NCBI GenBank assembly: GCA_964016885.1
Contig: OZ024744.1
Coordinates: forward strand, 70,742,001 to 70,806,000
Origin: Eledone cirrhosa
Lineage: Eukaryota
Length of the DNA: 64,000 nucleotides
Reading direction: 5' to 3'
Positions 12,484 to 27,877 of this stretch are shown in pieces; within the stretch, counting starts at the first letter, position 1, and every line of letters starts with the position of its first letter. Position numbers and translations under genes: made by a program. A model generated the notes under the pieces. It was given only the letters and a program-made list of their open reading frames with translations. It ran no database searches and was not told where the DNA came from.

Positions 12484-12844
12484 ATACATACATACATACA
12501 TATATACATGCATACATACATAGATACAAGCATGCATACATACTACATACATACTGGATATGCTACTCGGCATTGCTCAGTAAATAGGTCGCAGCCATAT
12601 TTGCGAGTTAGTTTAATAGGATTCATGGTATTTCTGTATGTATGAATTAAATTTAAAAAAACCCCACACATTTATATTATTTTAAACTTAGGTACATCTT
12701 TTTATAATATATCATCTACTCCAACTTTATTCTGGGAACGGAACCTCTTGCAGTCATGGGATCGTGTCTGAAATGCTTTTGTCTAATTCCATATTATTTT
12801 ACTACATGCAAAATTTTGAGAAGCGTACGATATATATATATATA

Positions 12845-13508
12845 AGTCGCATTGTTGCCAGCTGCGAAAAAATGTCATCTCGCTACTACCTCCCCGTGAG
12901 ACACGATGGGATAGCTAGAACCATCTGGAGCGCACTTAGGAAAACGAAATTAAAAACAAATGAGGAGGAATATGTTGAGATAGATGGCACTAAAATTAAA
13001 AACAAACAGGGAAGAATATATTGAGACAGATGGCACTAAGGAATACTGGTGGAACCTGAAAATAAAAACTGCCACCAAATTAAAGCACAACCGGCCTGAT
13101 ATTGTTGTTTGGGACCACACATTGAAAACGTGTTCTGTTGTGGAGATCAGCTGCCCACTTGTTGTAAACGTTGTCAGAAAAATACAGGAGAAGGAGGACA
13201 TCTACGGACCATTGATGAGGAGTTTACAAATCCAGTATCCAAGATACACCTTCAGCTTCATAGCCATCATTATTGGAGCTACGGGTTATATACCAACCCG
13301 CTTGGACCAAAGTATAACTGAACTTGGATTTGTGGACAAAGAGCGCAGCTCCCTAATTCATAGACTACAAATGGCTGTGATATCTGGCACCTTTAAAATT
13401 TATAAAAAGATCTTCCGATTCAAGGGATGACAATTTCTTTTCTTTTACAACCTTGCCTCCAGGAAGGTGGCCGGTCAAAATGTACTCGAAACTCAGAGAA
13501 AGAGAAAC
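12845..13508 (+). mobile_element. R4/Dong-clade LINE 3' fragment (RLE)
   Basis: RHDGIAR...KHNRPDIVVWD...VVEISCP; near-identical to 29690-30310. Confidence 0.85.
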
Positions 13509-13697
13509 ACACATACACATTCGATTATATTTTATTTCTGAACTCATGTGTGTGTGCGTGTGAGTGTGGGGATGTGTGTATTTAATCTATACCTTATGAG
13601 ACGCCGCTTAGTTTAATTGGTTAGAGTGTGGTGACAATAATGTGAATGTCGCGATTTCAATCCTTAATAGCTTTAGACATTCTTTTATTACCTAGAT

Positions 13698-13832
13698 CCG
13701 TCATGGGCAAGTGCGGTCCGTGGGCCACATGAGACCGGTTTGGCTTTCTGAACAGCGCACATGATTTCAAACTTCCTTAGTCTGATCTGTCTCATAATGA
13801 GCCACAACCTCGAAAGAATTTGCCCCTGCCTG
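13698..13832. mobile_element. hAT (Charlie-like) MITE
   Basis: Imperfect TIRs CCGTCATGGGCAA / TTGCCCCTGCCTG; 8-bp TSD ACCTAGAT/ATCTAGAT. Confidence 0.7.
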
Positions 13833-14339
13833 ATCTAGATGCACACAATTATGTTATTGTTTGACCAACGGTGCTATTGTGATAACATAAACTCGTCTTT
13901 GACCTTTACTTGAAACCTTAAATTAAATATTTATTATCATAACTGTCTATTAAATGCGCTTACTTCTTTCGAATATCTAAAGATCTCCTGGAAAATAAAG
14001 TGGTAATCTATTATACACAGTTTTAAATGTCAATATATATACCGCATCTTCTTGTAATTCTAATTCTTTAAGCCTTTTCCCTCCTCCTCCTCCTCCTCCT
14101 CCTCCTCCTCCTCCTCCTCCTCCTCCTCCTCCTCCCCCTCCCCCTCCCCTCCTCCTCCTCCTCCTCCTCCTCCTCCTCCTCCTCCTCCTTATCTTACTAC
14201 TCATTTCCTCGCCTTCTTTCTTTTGTATGTAGCTATCATCTACTTGTCTGTTAACATTTCAATATTCAATCAACGTGTTTCATTAATCTACCTTCTGCTA
14301 TACCCCCCTCGCTCTCTCTCTCCCCCTCTCTCTCTCTAT

Positions 14340-14975
14340 CCCCAGTAGACAACTGATGAGGAATCGCCCCCCCCCCACCGTTCTTGCTTTCTTCCCACTG
14401 CATTTTAAGCTACCTTAAATAGCAACTACACAGCCATTTCTATACTCCATATATTTCATCATGTTTTCGCTGTGGCCATTCTCTTCTCCTACCTAACTAT
14501 TTCGTTACTATCTACTCTTACCCCACTTTCTTCCTCTCCCTTTCTCCCTCTCACTTTCACCCCCCTCGTCTGACCCTCTAGTAGTTCTTTTTTCACTTAC
14601 AACTGCGGGGATCAGACGTGTCTTTTTTTCTCTCGACTACTCAGTCTTGAACTTAAGTTCTCTTATCGTGTGGTCTTGGATTTTCTTACCTTAAGTTGCT
14701 CGCACATTGCTCGGTTTGTGGGTTTTTTCGCTGTTTTTCACTGTTTTCTTTTTCTTCCATTTTGTTTTCCTTCCCTCCCTCCTACGTTTTCCCAATAACT
14801 TATCCAGTTATTGACGCCCTGGGGATAGATATCTTGTCTTTAAAGCGTAGAAATATCCGAGACCCCCAGTAGACAACTGATGAGGACCCCTCCCCCCGGC
14901 CTTGCTTTCTTCTTATTCCCACTCCATTTTAAGACACCTTAAATAGCAACTACACAGCCATTTCTATTCTCCATA
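14340..14975 (+). mobile_element. pLTR-like partial-tandem element (110-bp direct repeats 14341-14452 / 14865-14975) carrying the rearranged hammerhead
   Basis: Direct repeat with ~524-bp period, ending in (TA)n; related motif at 17161 and 59521. Confidence 0.65.
14793..14908 (+). ncRNA. Rearranged (non-circularly permuted) hammerhead-like RNA, copy A
   Basis: GATA-TC-TTGTCT..AAAGCG..GAAA-TATC..AGACAA-CTGATGA-hairpin-TGCTTT; pairings covary with copies B and C. Confidence 0.7.
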
Positions 14976-14991
14976 TATATATATATAGTAA

Positions 14992-16424
14992 CTAGCAGTT
15001 TAGCCCGGCGTTGCTCGGGTTTGTTCATTTGCTATGAAAAGTTACATGCAGGTAAACGTGGCTTGAAAGCGAATTAAGTGCATAAAGCAGTTGAACAGGT
15101 TATTAAAAGTTATGAACCAATTAGCATTTTGGACAATCAATGATGGGTTAATAATCTTCCAATAGCGAATTTAGCAGACCAAAGTTACTAGATGGTGGCC
15201 CTGATGCCGCTGGGTGTCAAGAGGGAGTAGCGAAAAATTTCAATTGAACAGTGAATAAGAGGAAAGTGAGTATTAAGTAAGTTGTATGAAGAATGCACGT
15301 CAAATAGTAGGTGAAACCTGTAAGCCAAGCCCGTCTGAGTTATAGCACAAAAGAGCGTAAACAGGGGCGATATTTTGGAGCACACTGGAAAAAAATCATC
15401 GAAATCGGACGCTCCTGAAAAAAGTTTTTGTCTCATATTGCGAAAAACAAAGAAAAAAATTTACAAAAAGGACAACAACAAAATATGTCTTTGTTGAGAT
15501 TCAAGTAAATGAATGCTTAAGCATCGTTATTGTTACGTTTGTTGTTTTACAAATTCATTGTTTTTGAATATTTATTATTTGATGTAGAATGTAACGGTGA
15601 GAGAGGAATATGTATTTAGTGTTATCGGCTTTTTAAGTTTTGTTATTTGATGTATGAGTGTTGTTATGATTATGTTTGTTGTATAAATTGATGTGTTGCT
15701 TAGTTATCAAAGTTTATTTCGCGTTCTTGAACGAAGAGGGTGAATGATCTATTATAGAGAGAGGGAAGAGCGACGGAGAGAGTGAAGCTAAGAAACCATA
15801 AGGAGGTGTGTTAAACCTTGAAGCATGAAGAGAGTAAAGCAGTTAAATTATAGAGAGGGGGGAATAATCTATTGTAGAGAGAGGGAAGAGCGACGCAGAG
15901 AGTGAAGCTTTGTTTGTTGTTGTATAAATCGATGTGTTGCTTAGTTTTCAAAGTTTGTGTCGCGTTCCTTGAAAAGAAGTTTTGTCGCTGTTCTAAATTG
16001 TAATGGTGATAGGGTAGTAGACGGAGGCATAACCTTTTAAAGAGAGTTGCAGAGGAGATTGATGGGGGAGTAGAGGGAGGGATAAACCTTTTAAAGAGAG
16101 TTGCAGAGGAGATTGAGAGTGGAGTAGAGGGAGGGATGAACCTTTTAAAGAGAGTTGCAACATGTATGTAGTTTCATAGATTGTTGAGGGTAGTAGTGAG
16201 AGTGAATAAGCGTGTAAGAGAGAGGGTTACACCATGTATTTAGTTTTATCGATTTTTTTTCATAGAAGCAGGAAATCTTTGGCAAACTTTATTACGCGTT
16301 GACCATCCTTGGTTAATTTGGAGCGCATTGGAAAAAAATCATCAAAATCGGTAGAGAAATGTGGAAATGCATAAAAATCCTACACACACACAGACAGACA
16401 TCTTCCGTTTTATATATAGAGAGA
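14992..16424 (-). mobile_element. Non-autonomous Helitron-like element
   Basis: Minus strand: 5' A|TC, 3' CCCGAGCAACGCCGGG hairpin then CTAG|T; no TSD. Confidence 0.8.
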
Positions 16425-16425
16425 T

Positions 16426-16628
16426 ATAGGAAAAAGTCAGGACTCCGACAGCTGAGCTCCGGCCGTTTCGACAGCTAGATCCAGTTTGGATCTAGCTGTC
16501 GAAACGGCCGGAGCTCAGCCGTCGGGGTCCTGACTATTTTCCTATTACCCACTCTACTACCCAAAGTACCGAGTATTCTGGTGCGTTATGGTCCACCTGA
16601 TTTCTTACCACACCTTCTTTGTTTTACA
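16426..16628. mobile_element. Fold-back mini-element family F, copy 2 (palindrome 16426-16545, tail on right)
   Basis: Arms around loop GTT; GAAA-CGGC-cggagctca-GCCG-TC-GGGGTC. Confidence 0.85.
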
Positions 16629-16685
16629 TATATATATATAGTGACGAAACATAAGTCAATTGCATGAACTCATAATCCTTTATTT

Positions 16686-16741
16686 ACTGCTATATATATT
16701 TCGATGATAGCCATTGAATGGCTATGACCTCATCAGGCAGT
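16686..16741 (-). ncRNA. Minimal type I hammerhead ribozyme in a short (TA)n-flanked element (16641-16920)
   Basis: Minus: ACTGC-CTGATGA-ggtcATAGCCAT/ATGGCTATcatc-GAAA-TATATA-TA-GCAGT; second copy at 44315-44370. Confidence 0.85.
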
Positions 16742-17160
16742 TAGTCAGTTCTTAGATATGTTAGCTCTGTGTTTATAGTGTTGATGGTATCAGAACCTTG
16801 GGACATATGAGTTTGTTAGGAATAAATTAATGTTGTCAGCAGGAATAGTCTTGATTCTCATTGGTCAGTTTGTAGATGGTAGTAGGGTTGGTATTTGACC
16901 TCAAACAGGCAGGTGGTTTTATATATATATATATCACTCTCTGCTTCTCCCCCTCTCACTTCCTCCCGTTTGGCCTGTGTGGGGTCCTTTCTCACTCACA
17001 CCCCACCCATGTCGGATGGTCTGTATATCTCTGTCGCCCATGAAATTCACCCAGCTTAAGCTGAATAGATATCATGTGCTTGTTTCTTCCTATCTTTCCG
17101 TTGCAATACCATGTTTGTGTGTTTACTTGTCTCGCTCGCTTTACGCTATATTACTTGTCC

Positions 17161-17268
17161 CAATAACTTTATTTAGCTATTGCTCGCACCAACTAGAGGT
17201 ATATGATTTTTAAAGCGATGAAATACCAATGAAAGTTGGAAAATCACTGATGAAGGACTAATTTTATT
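17161..17268 (+). ncRNA. Rearranged hammerhead-like RNA, copy B (in element 16935-17270, 3'-truncated)
   Basis: CCAACT-AGA-GGTA-TA-TGATTTT-TAAAGCGAT-GAAA-TACC-AATGAA-AGTTGG-AAAATCA-CTGATGA. Confidence 0.7.
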
Positions 17269-17270
17269 CA

Positions 17271-20826
<3,556 letters not shown>

Positions 20827-20842
20827 TGTGTGCGTGTGTGTG

Positions 20843-20894
<52 letters not shown>

Positions 20895-20901
20895 TGTGTG
20901 C

Positions 20902-20990
<89 letters not shown>

Positions 20991-21448
20991 GAGTACAACG
21001 CAACGTTGCCCAGGAAATAATACACTGAACTGGCGACCTAGTTGTTTGAGAATTGTGGTAATTCCACTGGATAGTAACCGGTGAAACACATTAAAAAGAA
21101 TTCCGGATGGAAATATTTGAGAAAGACGATGGATGATCACAGGTGCAGCATCATTAAAAACAGACGGTAGATGGTGACGGCTGGAGCGCCATTAAAAATA
21201 AGGTAAACGGGTACTGTCAGGGGTCTGGAGAGAAAGAAGGTGGGTGGGAAAGGTTAGAGTAGTGTTACAAAAGATGGTAGAAGGTCACAGCTGGAGCATC
21301 GTTAAGAAAGAGGAAGGATGGTCATGGTTGGAGAGCACGATATATCACTGTTTTTGTACACACAAAATCTCACATAAAATTATTGGTGTGTGTGTACATG
21401 CGTGCGTTCGTGAATGTATTTGAGGGGAAACTGAAATTATCTTTATAT

Positions 21449-21822
21449 AATTGTTTCTACTTTTGGCACCAGGCCAGCAATTATCCCAGTGCATTACTGG
21501 TACTTTATTTTATCGACCCCGTAAGGATGAAAGGCAAAGTTAACCTCGGCGGGATTTGAACTCAGATCATAAAGGGAGGTAACTCTATACTTCAAAGCAT
21601 GGCGCCCGACCCTCTACCGATACTGCCAATCCACATATAATTGTTTCTACATTAGGCACAAGGCAAGCAATTAACCAGTGCATTACTGGTACTTTATTTT
21701 ATCGACCTCGTAAGGATGAAAGGCAAAGTCAACCTCGGCGGGATTTGAACTCAGATCGTAAAGGGGCGTAACTATGCTGGAAAGCATGGCGTCCGACCCT
21801 CTACCGATACAGCCAATCCACC
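21449..21822 (-). mobile_element. Two tandem tRNA-derived SINEs (Meta-domain-like)
   Basis: B-box GAGTTCAAATCCC and central GCCTTTCATCCTTACGGGGTCGATAAAATAAAGTACCAG. Further copies at 22352-22489(+), 33170-33345(+), 36748-36860(-), 41996-42170(-) and 50420-50620(-). Confidence 0.85.
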
Positions 21823-22098
21823 GATAATATAAGTAAGTATGGTATACAAACACAAACAAACTATTGGCCATTAAGAATAGTAAGCAGAAGCAGACAAAAC
21901 TCTTCAGTATATATACAAACCTGAATTTCGTTGTCACAGATATCCTTACACACTTACAATTCTCTGTAAAAATTGAAAATGAAATAAGCATATTTGAAAT
22001 GATTTTTGAAAAAGTATGTAAAATATGTTTTTTATTAAGAAAGTTAATATTTTTTTTAATGACAAATAAATTTGTTTTTGAAACAGCGAGCGTGTTTG

Positions 22099-22267
22099 AA
22101 ATTAGAAATAAAAGCTTCGCCGTATTTTTTGACTAAATAAATTTTAGCCTGATAATGACGTACGTCAATACTCATCTGTTTCCATTTCTTAGAGGTTTTT
22201 AAATCCCACTATCAGGCTAAAATTTCTTATGTAAAAAAAATATGGCGAAAGCTTCTATTTCTAATTT
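22099..22267. repeat. Imperfect ~56-bp inverted repeat (old MITE or fold-back)
   Basis: 22099-22154 is the reverse complement of 22210-22267 with mismatches. Confidence 0.6.
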
Positions 22268-22489
22268 ATTTTTTTAAATATTTTGTTTTAAAAGATTCAA
22301 TACCATTCAAAGAAATTCCAGGCATATTTTTTTGTATTATCTATATATATAGTGTTACCTCCCTTTATGATCTGAGTTCAAATCCCGCCGAGGTTAACTT
22401 TGCCTTTCATCCTTACGGGGTCGATAAAATAAAGTACCAGTAATACACTGGGTTAATTGCTGGCCTTGTGCCAAAAGTAGAAACAATTA

Positions 22490-22793
22490 TCTATATATAT
22501 AAAACTGAGGATGTCTGTGTGTATGTGAGTTTGAATCCCTAAAACTAGAGAAGTTCCCAACCGACTGTTTTCAAACTTTACACATGTAATACTTATGTTT
22601 GAGGGAGTGTTCTGAGCAAAACAAATTTCAAATTTTCAATGCCCTAGGGACCGCATTAGGCGATATAGCGATCGCTCTCTATAATTCTTAGTCTTTCTCT
22701 TTTTAGATAGATACATACATATAACGTCACGCCTTTATAATATCTGTCTGTATGTCTAGCTGTCTGCATTACGTCACTTCCCTGAGGATGCCT

Positions 22794-22860
<67 letters not shown>

Positions 22861-23309
22861 TGTGTGTGTGTCTGTGAGTTTGAATCCCTAAAACTCGAGC
22901 AGTACCCAACCGACTTTTTTCAAACTTTACATGTGTATTACTTATGTTTTAGGGAGTGTTATGCACATAAAAATATTCAACTTTTTTATCTTTTTTTTCT
23001 TCAGCTTTTAGAGGCTTTTTGAGGCATTCCTTTACGTCAGACCGATTTCCTTGAAATTGTAACTATGTATTAGTCAGACTCTTCTTCATACCGTAAGCAA
23101 AGAAAATCCAACTTTTTTATGGCCTAGGGTCCGCATTAGGTGAAAAACTTCATTTTTTTCAGTTTGTTAGGGCTTTTTTGAGGCATTACGTCTAGTCAAT
23201 TTTCCCGAAATTTCACACAACAAAAAATTATTTTCTTGATCCCCTAGGTCTGTTGGCGGCCCGCGTTCCAAATTACCTTATCCCGAGCAACGCCGGGTAC
23301 CACCGCTAG
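22490..23309 (+). mobile_element. Non-autonomous Helitron-like element
   Basis: A|TCTATATATATAAAA start; CCCGAGCAACGCCGGG hairpin and CTAG|T end; internal ~130-bp duplication. Confidence 0.82.
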
Positions 23310-23331
23310 TTATCAATATATTTCACTATTA

Positions 23332-23605
23332 GTGGAGGCGCATGGCCTAGTTGTAAGGGTGTTGTACTTACGATCATAATGTCATGGGTTCGATTCCTGG
23401 GTTGGGTTGCTTGTTGTGTTTTTGAGCAAAACACTTCATTTCACGTTGTATCGGCATACTCTGTTGAAAATGAGTACCTGCCATAGCTGAGCATTTAACC
23501 CTGTAATGGACTGGTGTCATGTCCAGGGAGGTGTCTTGTACTCTCAGTCACTTCATGGATAAGCACCGGCCTAACGAGCATTCTGGCTTAAGACAGACTT
23601 TAGAC
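23332..23605 (+). mobile_element. tRNA-derived CORE-type SINE with 15-bp TSD
   Basis: A-box, B-box GGTTCGATTCC, CORE-like block; TSD TATATTTCACTATTA at 23317-23331 and 23606-23620. Confidence 0.88.
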
Positions 23606-23798
23606 TATATTTCACTATTAATATATTTCAATGTTAGTAATATATTTCAACAAAATTTTGTGTTGGACGAAAATGCAACTGAACATTATGTATTTATTGT
23701 TTTATTAGTCTCAGTGATTAGACTGTGGCCATGCTGGTTCACCACTTTAATTATAGTCGATCCTTTTTTACTCCTGTGTTTATTAATATTATTATTAT

Positions 23799-26610
23799 TG
23801 GTCTGTTCGGACGTCTTTTTGTTCGCTCCCAGTAAGTCGCTTTATTTACCTGTTATAATTATTTGTTGTTAAATATTTCTTGTTGTGTAAGGGATATAAG
23901 CCCTTGGACTTTGCCCTGTGAAGGGGAAAGTACAATATTTGGGCCTTTTGGCCCAAATATTTGAACATTTTACTTTAAAAAAACAAAAACATGACTGAGT
24001 CACGCCCCCCAGCAATATGTCTGTGGTCGTGTGACAACGGCGTAAAAGTTGAGAGGAGGGTTACAGAAATTGATACAACAAACACCACCACAAACAACGT
24101 GAACAAAGACAACAATGACAACAACACTGAGAACACTAATTTAAAAAATATTACCACACCAACTACAACAATAACAGCGACAACCAAAATACAGACAACA
24201 GAAAAAAATGACAACAAATGCAACAACGATATTAACACCACTAACAAGAAAATAAACAACGACAACACCAACAGCAACAATACAAATTGCACCGAAAACA
24301 ACAACGGTGGCACCAAAAACACAACCAACTACAACAGTGATAACAACAACAGCACCAACAACAAGACCAGTAGCAGCAATTTCGACGTATGAGAATTCGA
24401 CATCTCAGTTCATTTTTTATGGTTAGGCTTTAAGCGGCACTTGGTTCAGCTGTTGATTTACACATCAAGCCCACATATCCCACATATCCCGAGGCAAAAA
24501 GTATGCCACAGTAGACGAACTTTTCGCCACCCACCAAGAGGCGAAGTCTCACTCTTTGTAAACCCTAAAGAGTGAGGAGATAGTCTTGGTGCCCTCCTAC
24601 TGCGGGCAGAAATTTGTGAGGGTCAAAGTGACCCAGGTCCCGCCCGACGTGCCCATACATTGGCTGGCCGCGTCTGTACTTGCTGGAATCGAGGACATGA
24701 CCACCATACTGCAAATAGAGAGAATGGGACGAGAGAACTGGTCAGGTATAGGCATGCAAATGCTAATTCAAACTGACCAGGAGTGCATAGAGGCCATCCC
24801 AGATATCATAGACCTCGAGGAAGGACTCCAACTCCCTATAAGCGTGGAAGGAAGGCGCCCAAACTGCTATTTCGGTGGGCAGAAGAGTCACCTCAGGGTC
24901 TTCTGCCCGTAGAAGACAGCCAAGAAAAGGTCCCCCTCCTCTCCTTCCTCTGCTGCCAAGAGCAGGGCAGGCAACAGAGACAGAAGACCCTTCCATGGTA
25001 AGTAGGAGGGCAGCGTCCGTGGCACCCATACCAAGGCCACGGACAACTAAAACAGCGGCAGCAGTGGCGGCAACACCAACAGTCGCAGTAGCTACACCGG
25101 CGGCAAAATCGCCGGAGCGGGCTCCACTACCACCACCAACAGCTGTGGAGCTCATACCCCTCCCAGACTCCACGGAAACCGACATGGAGTATGAGGCGGG
25201 AGTGAAGTGGCAAGAAGTCTGCCACAAAAAGCAAAAACGAAAGAACCACTAAGCTTCGCCCTCCAAAAGCGAGGACAAACAAAGAAGTGTAAAGGCTGCA
25301 AGGAGACTTGCAGCAACACTACCACCATCTCCATCACCACCAACAACAACCACACCACCACCAGCATCACCAAAAACACCAACATCGCAAACACAACAAA
25401 GCACACACACCCACCATTAACAACAAGAAAACAGCAACAAAACCACCCCTCCCACCAAAAAGCACACAGCCTTAAACATTGCACACCAAGGACTAATGGA
25501 ACACATAAAACAGCACACCTATATTTCAGACGTAAATTACTAAACCCCACTAACACCAAGAACATTACCAAAAAACATTAACATTGTGGAAATTGAACTT
25601 GAAGATTACAAACAATTACAACAAAAATCCCATAAAAGCCCATAAATCTGCTAAACGCAGAGTTTAAGATTTTGGTCAAGGTGTTAGCAAAGAGATTGGT
25701 ACTTGTCGTCGGTGATCTGGTGGGAGAAGCGGAGACATGCGCCATTCCGGACAGATCCATCCACGACAACCTCCATCTCATGCGATACATCATAGAGAGG
25801 GTGGTTAAGGAACCTGGCACGAGTGGGGCTCTGATCAACTTGGATCAATCTAAAGCATTTGATACGGTCGACCTTCGGTATCTGGCTGCGGTCCTCGAGG
25901 TGGCCGGCTTCGGGCCCGTTTTTAGGGGCTGGATCGCTGCGATGCACAGCGACATCTGCTCGATTGTAAGGGTGAATGGTCACCCGTCGCAGGTGGAATG
26001 CTGGAATGTCTCCAAGCGCTCACCGCTCTCTACCAGCTGGGCACTAGTATCGGAGGAACATCCACCTTGACGTTCTATAGAGGGCTAGTAGAGGGGAAGA
26101 GCGACGACGTTCTCGGGGAGACCCTGGGCGTCGAAGCCGATCAGCTGTTCGCTCCCTTCAAGAGAAGTTTCAGCCCGGGGCCCATGGACAACTTCCAGAA
26201 ATCCCTGGCCTGGCAGTGCTACGGGGAGCGTTGCCGGTTCGGGATAAGCTCTATAGACACGGAGGTGCTGTCAGCCGAGCCTGTCCGAGATGCGCGCAAG
26301 GCGACGAAACCGTCCTGCACGCACTCGTTCAGTGCCCGAGGGTTGCTGACTTGTGGAGCTATGTCGAACAGCTGCTGTTGCGTGTAGGACGGATCCAGTT
26401 ATCGACTGAGTCTATTGTCCTTTAAAGAGGAGGAAGGTAAGGCAGTTTTCAACTGCCTGGTGGCCACGCCGAAAGAGATTGTGTGGTGGACAAGGCTGAA
26501 AGGGTTGAAGACGGACACTTTCCTCTCCGGGCAATCCCTGATTAACTTTTTCAAGTTTCACTTGAAGAGGAAAATCAGGGTGGAGAGGCAAATGCTGTCT
26601 TCTAGCTGTA
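23799..26610 (+). mobile_element. Tx1/L1-clade LINE with large internal deletions
   Basis: ORF1 remnants (PSYCGQKFVRVKVTQVPP, VEGRRPNCYF), RT piece (PINLLNAEFKIL..LDQSKAFDTVD) and CCHC (CPRC..ETVLHALVQC). APE and RT core are missing. Confidence 0.88.
24372..24473 (-). mobile_element. ~100-bp RTE 3'-end insertion inside Tx1 ORF1
   Basis: Reverse complement of 20548-20640. Confidence 0.8.
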
Positions 26611-26611
26611 T

Positions 26612-27122
26612 ACGAGCGATAAATGTACGGCTTTGCCAAATTCAAATAAAAAAGAAAACTTTTTTCGCTCTAGATGGCTGAATACAATAAATGTAATCTG
26701 AGTTTTTCGAATATTAATAATAACATTCGATTCGTTTGGCATTTATCGCTAGTATACAGGAAACTCACTGGCCAGTCTGTTGATATGCAAATCTGGCTGA
26801 TCAGTGGAGCTGCTAATATGCAGATCTGACTGATCGGCCAGTCTGCTATTATGCAAATCAGGCCGATCAGTCACTGTGTATTTTTGAAAATAGTATATAT
26901 TTTCACTAGCTCTGACAGTTTGGCAGGTGAACAGTGAGCTGTACTGATGAAGGGTGATACACAGAAACATTAGTGTCTGCAGTTCTGTTCACATGCCAAC
27001 ACAAGAGCAAAAATGAAGGGTTCATTCTACTGACATGGCTATACAATTGAGGCTTGTTTGCATAATTGCAAACGAATCGAATGTTATTATTAATATTCGA
27101 AAAACTCAGATTACATTTATTA
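26612..27122 (+). mobile_element. Short PLE-like element with 53-bp inverted ends (26686-26738 / 27069-27121), tail and internal HHR
   Basis: Inverted ends are visible; body is homologous to 56745-57140. Confidence 0.75.
26936..26985 (+). ncRNA. Type I hammerhead ribozyme
   Basis: GAGCTGTA-CTGATGA-agggtgatacaca-GAAA-CATTAGTG-TC-TGCAGTTC; 8-bp stem I and GUC site. Confidence 0.85.
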
Positions 27123-27816
27123 TATATATATGTATGTATGTATGTATTGTGTGTGTGTATTTACCTGCGTAGATCTATGAACATGGCAAATATTCATATA
27201 GACGGATAAAATGACGAGTCAAACTGCCACTAGAAATAACAGTCAATATAGATCGTCTATCAGCTTACCATATAGAGGGGCAGCAAATTATACATCAATT
27301 CGAAAGAGCGAGGGAAGATGCTGAAGTGTAGTAAGTAACTGCTGTAAAATAGCTTATAAAATAGGGTAAAGATCCTTAGTGAAGGGAAAAGGCGTTATCA
27401 GCGGCTCAATAGCTAAAGCACTCAGTCAGTATTTGAGAGATACGAAGTTCGATCTCTCTTAGCGGCTGCTGATAACACTTTCAACGGCGAAAGTGTTATT
27501 TGGATGGATAGCGAAAGAGACGCATTGGAATAGCTATTTCAATTCACGGGGCTCATTGATACGGAGGACCAATTCTAGCACGGCAGCAGTGAGTAAGGAG
27601 GTGGTTCGGGGGACCAAGAACGCCAGAAATTTTTACTGCTACAATCATGCCCCGCCCCAAGGTGGGCTGTCTGTATAAAGTTGTACTGCTGTAATAGAAC
27701 ACTGTACGAAGGAATCGAAGCGGAGCTGGGTCAAAGAGTTTTGGTTTTCACACTAACTCTCCTTCCGGTGACGAATCTTTCTACTTTCATCCACACATGC
27801 ACACACGTACACATAA

Positions 27817-27877
<61 letters not shown>

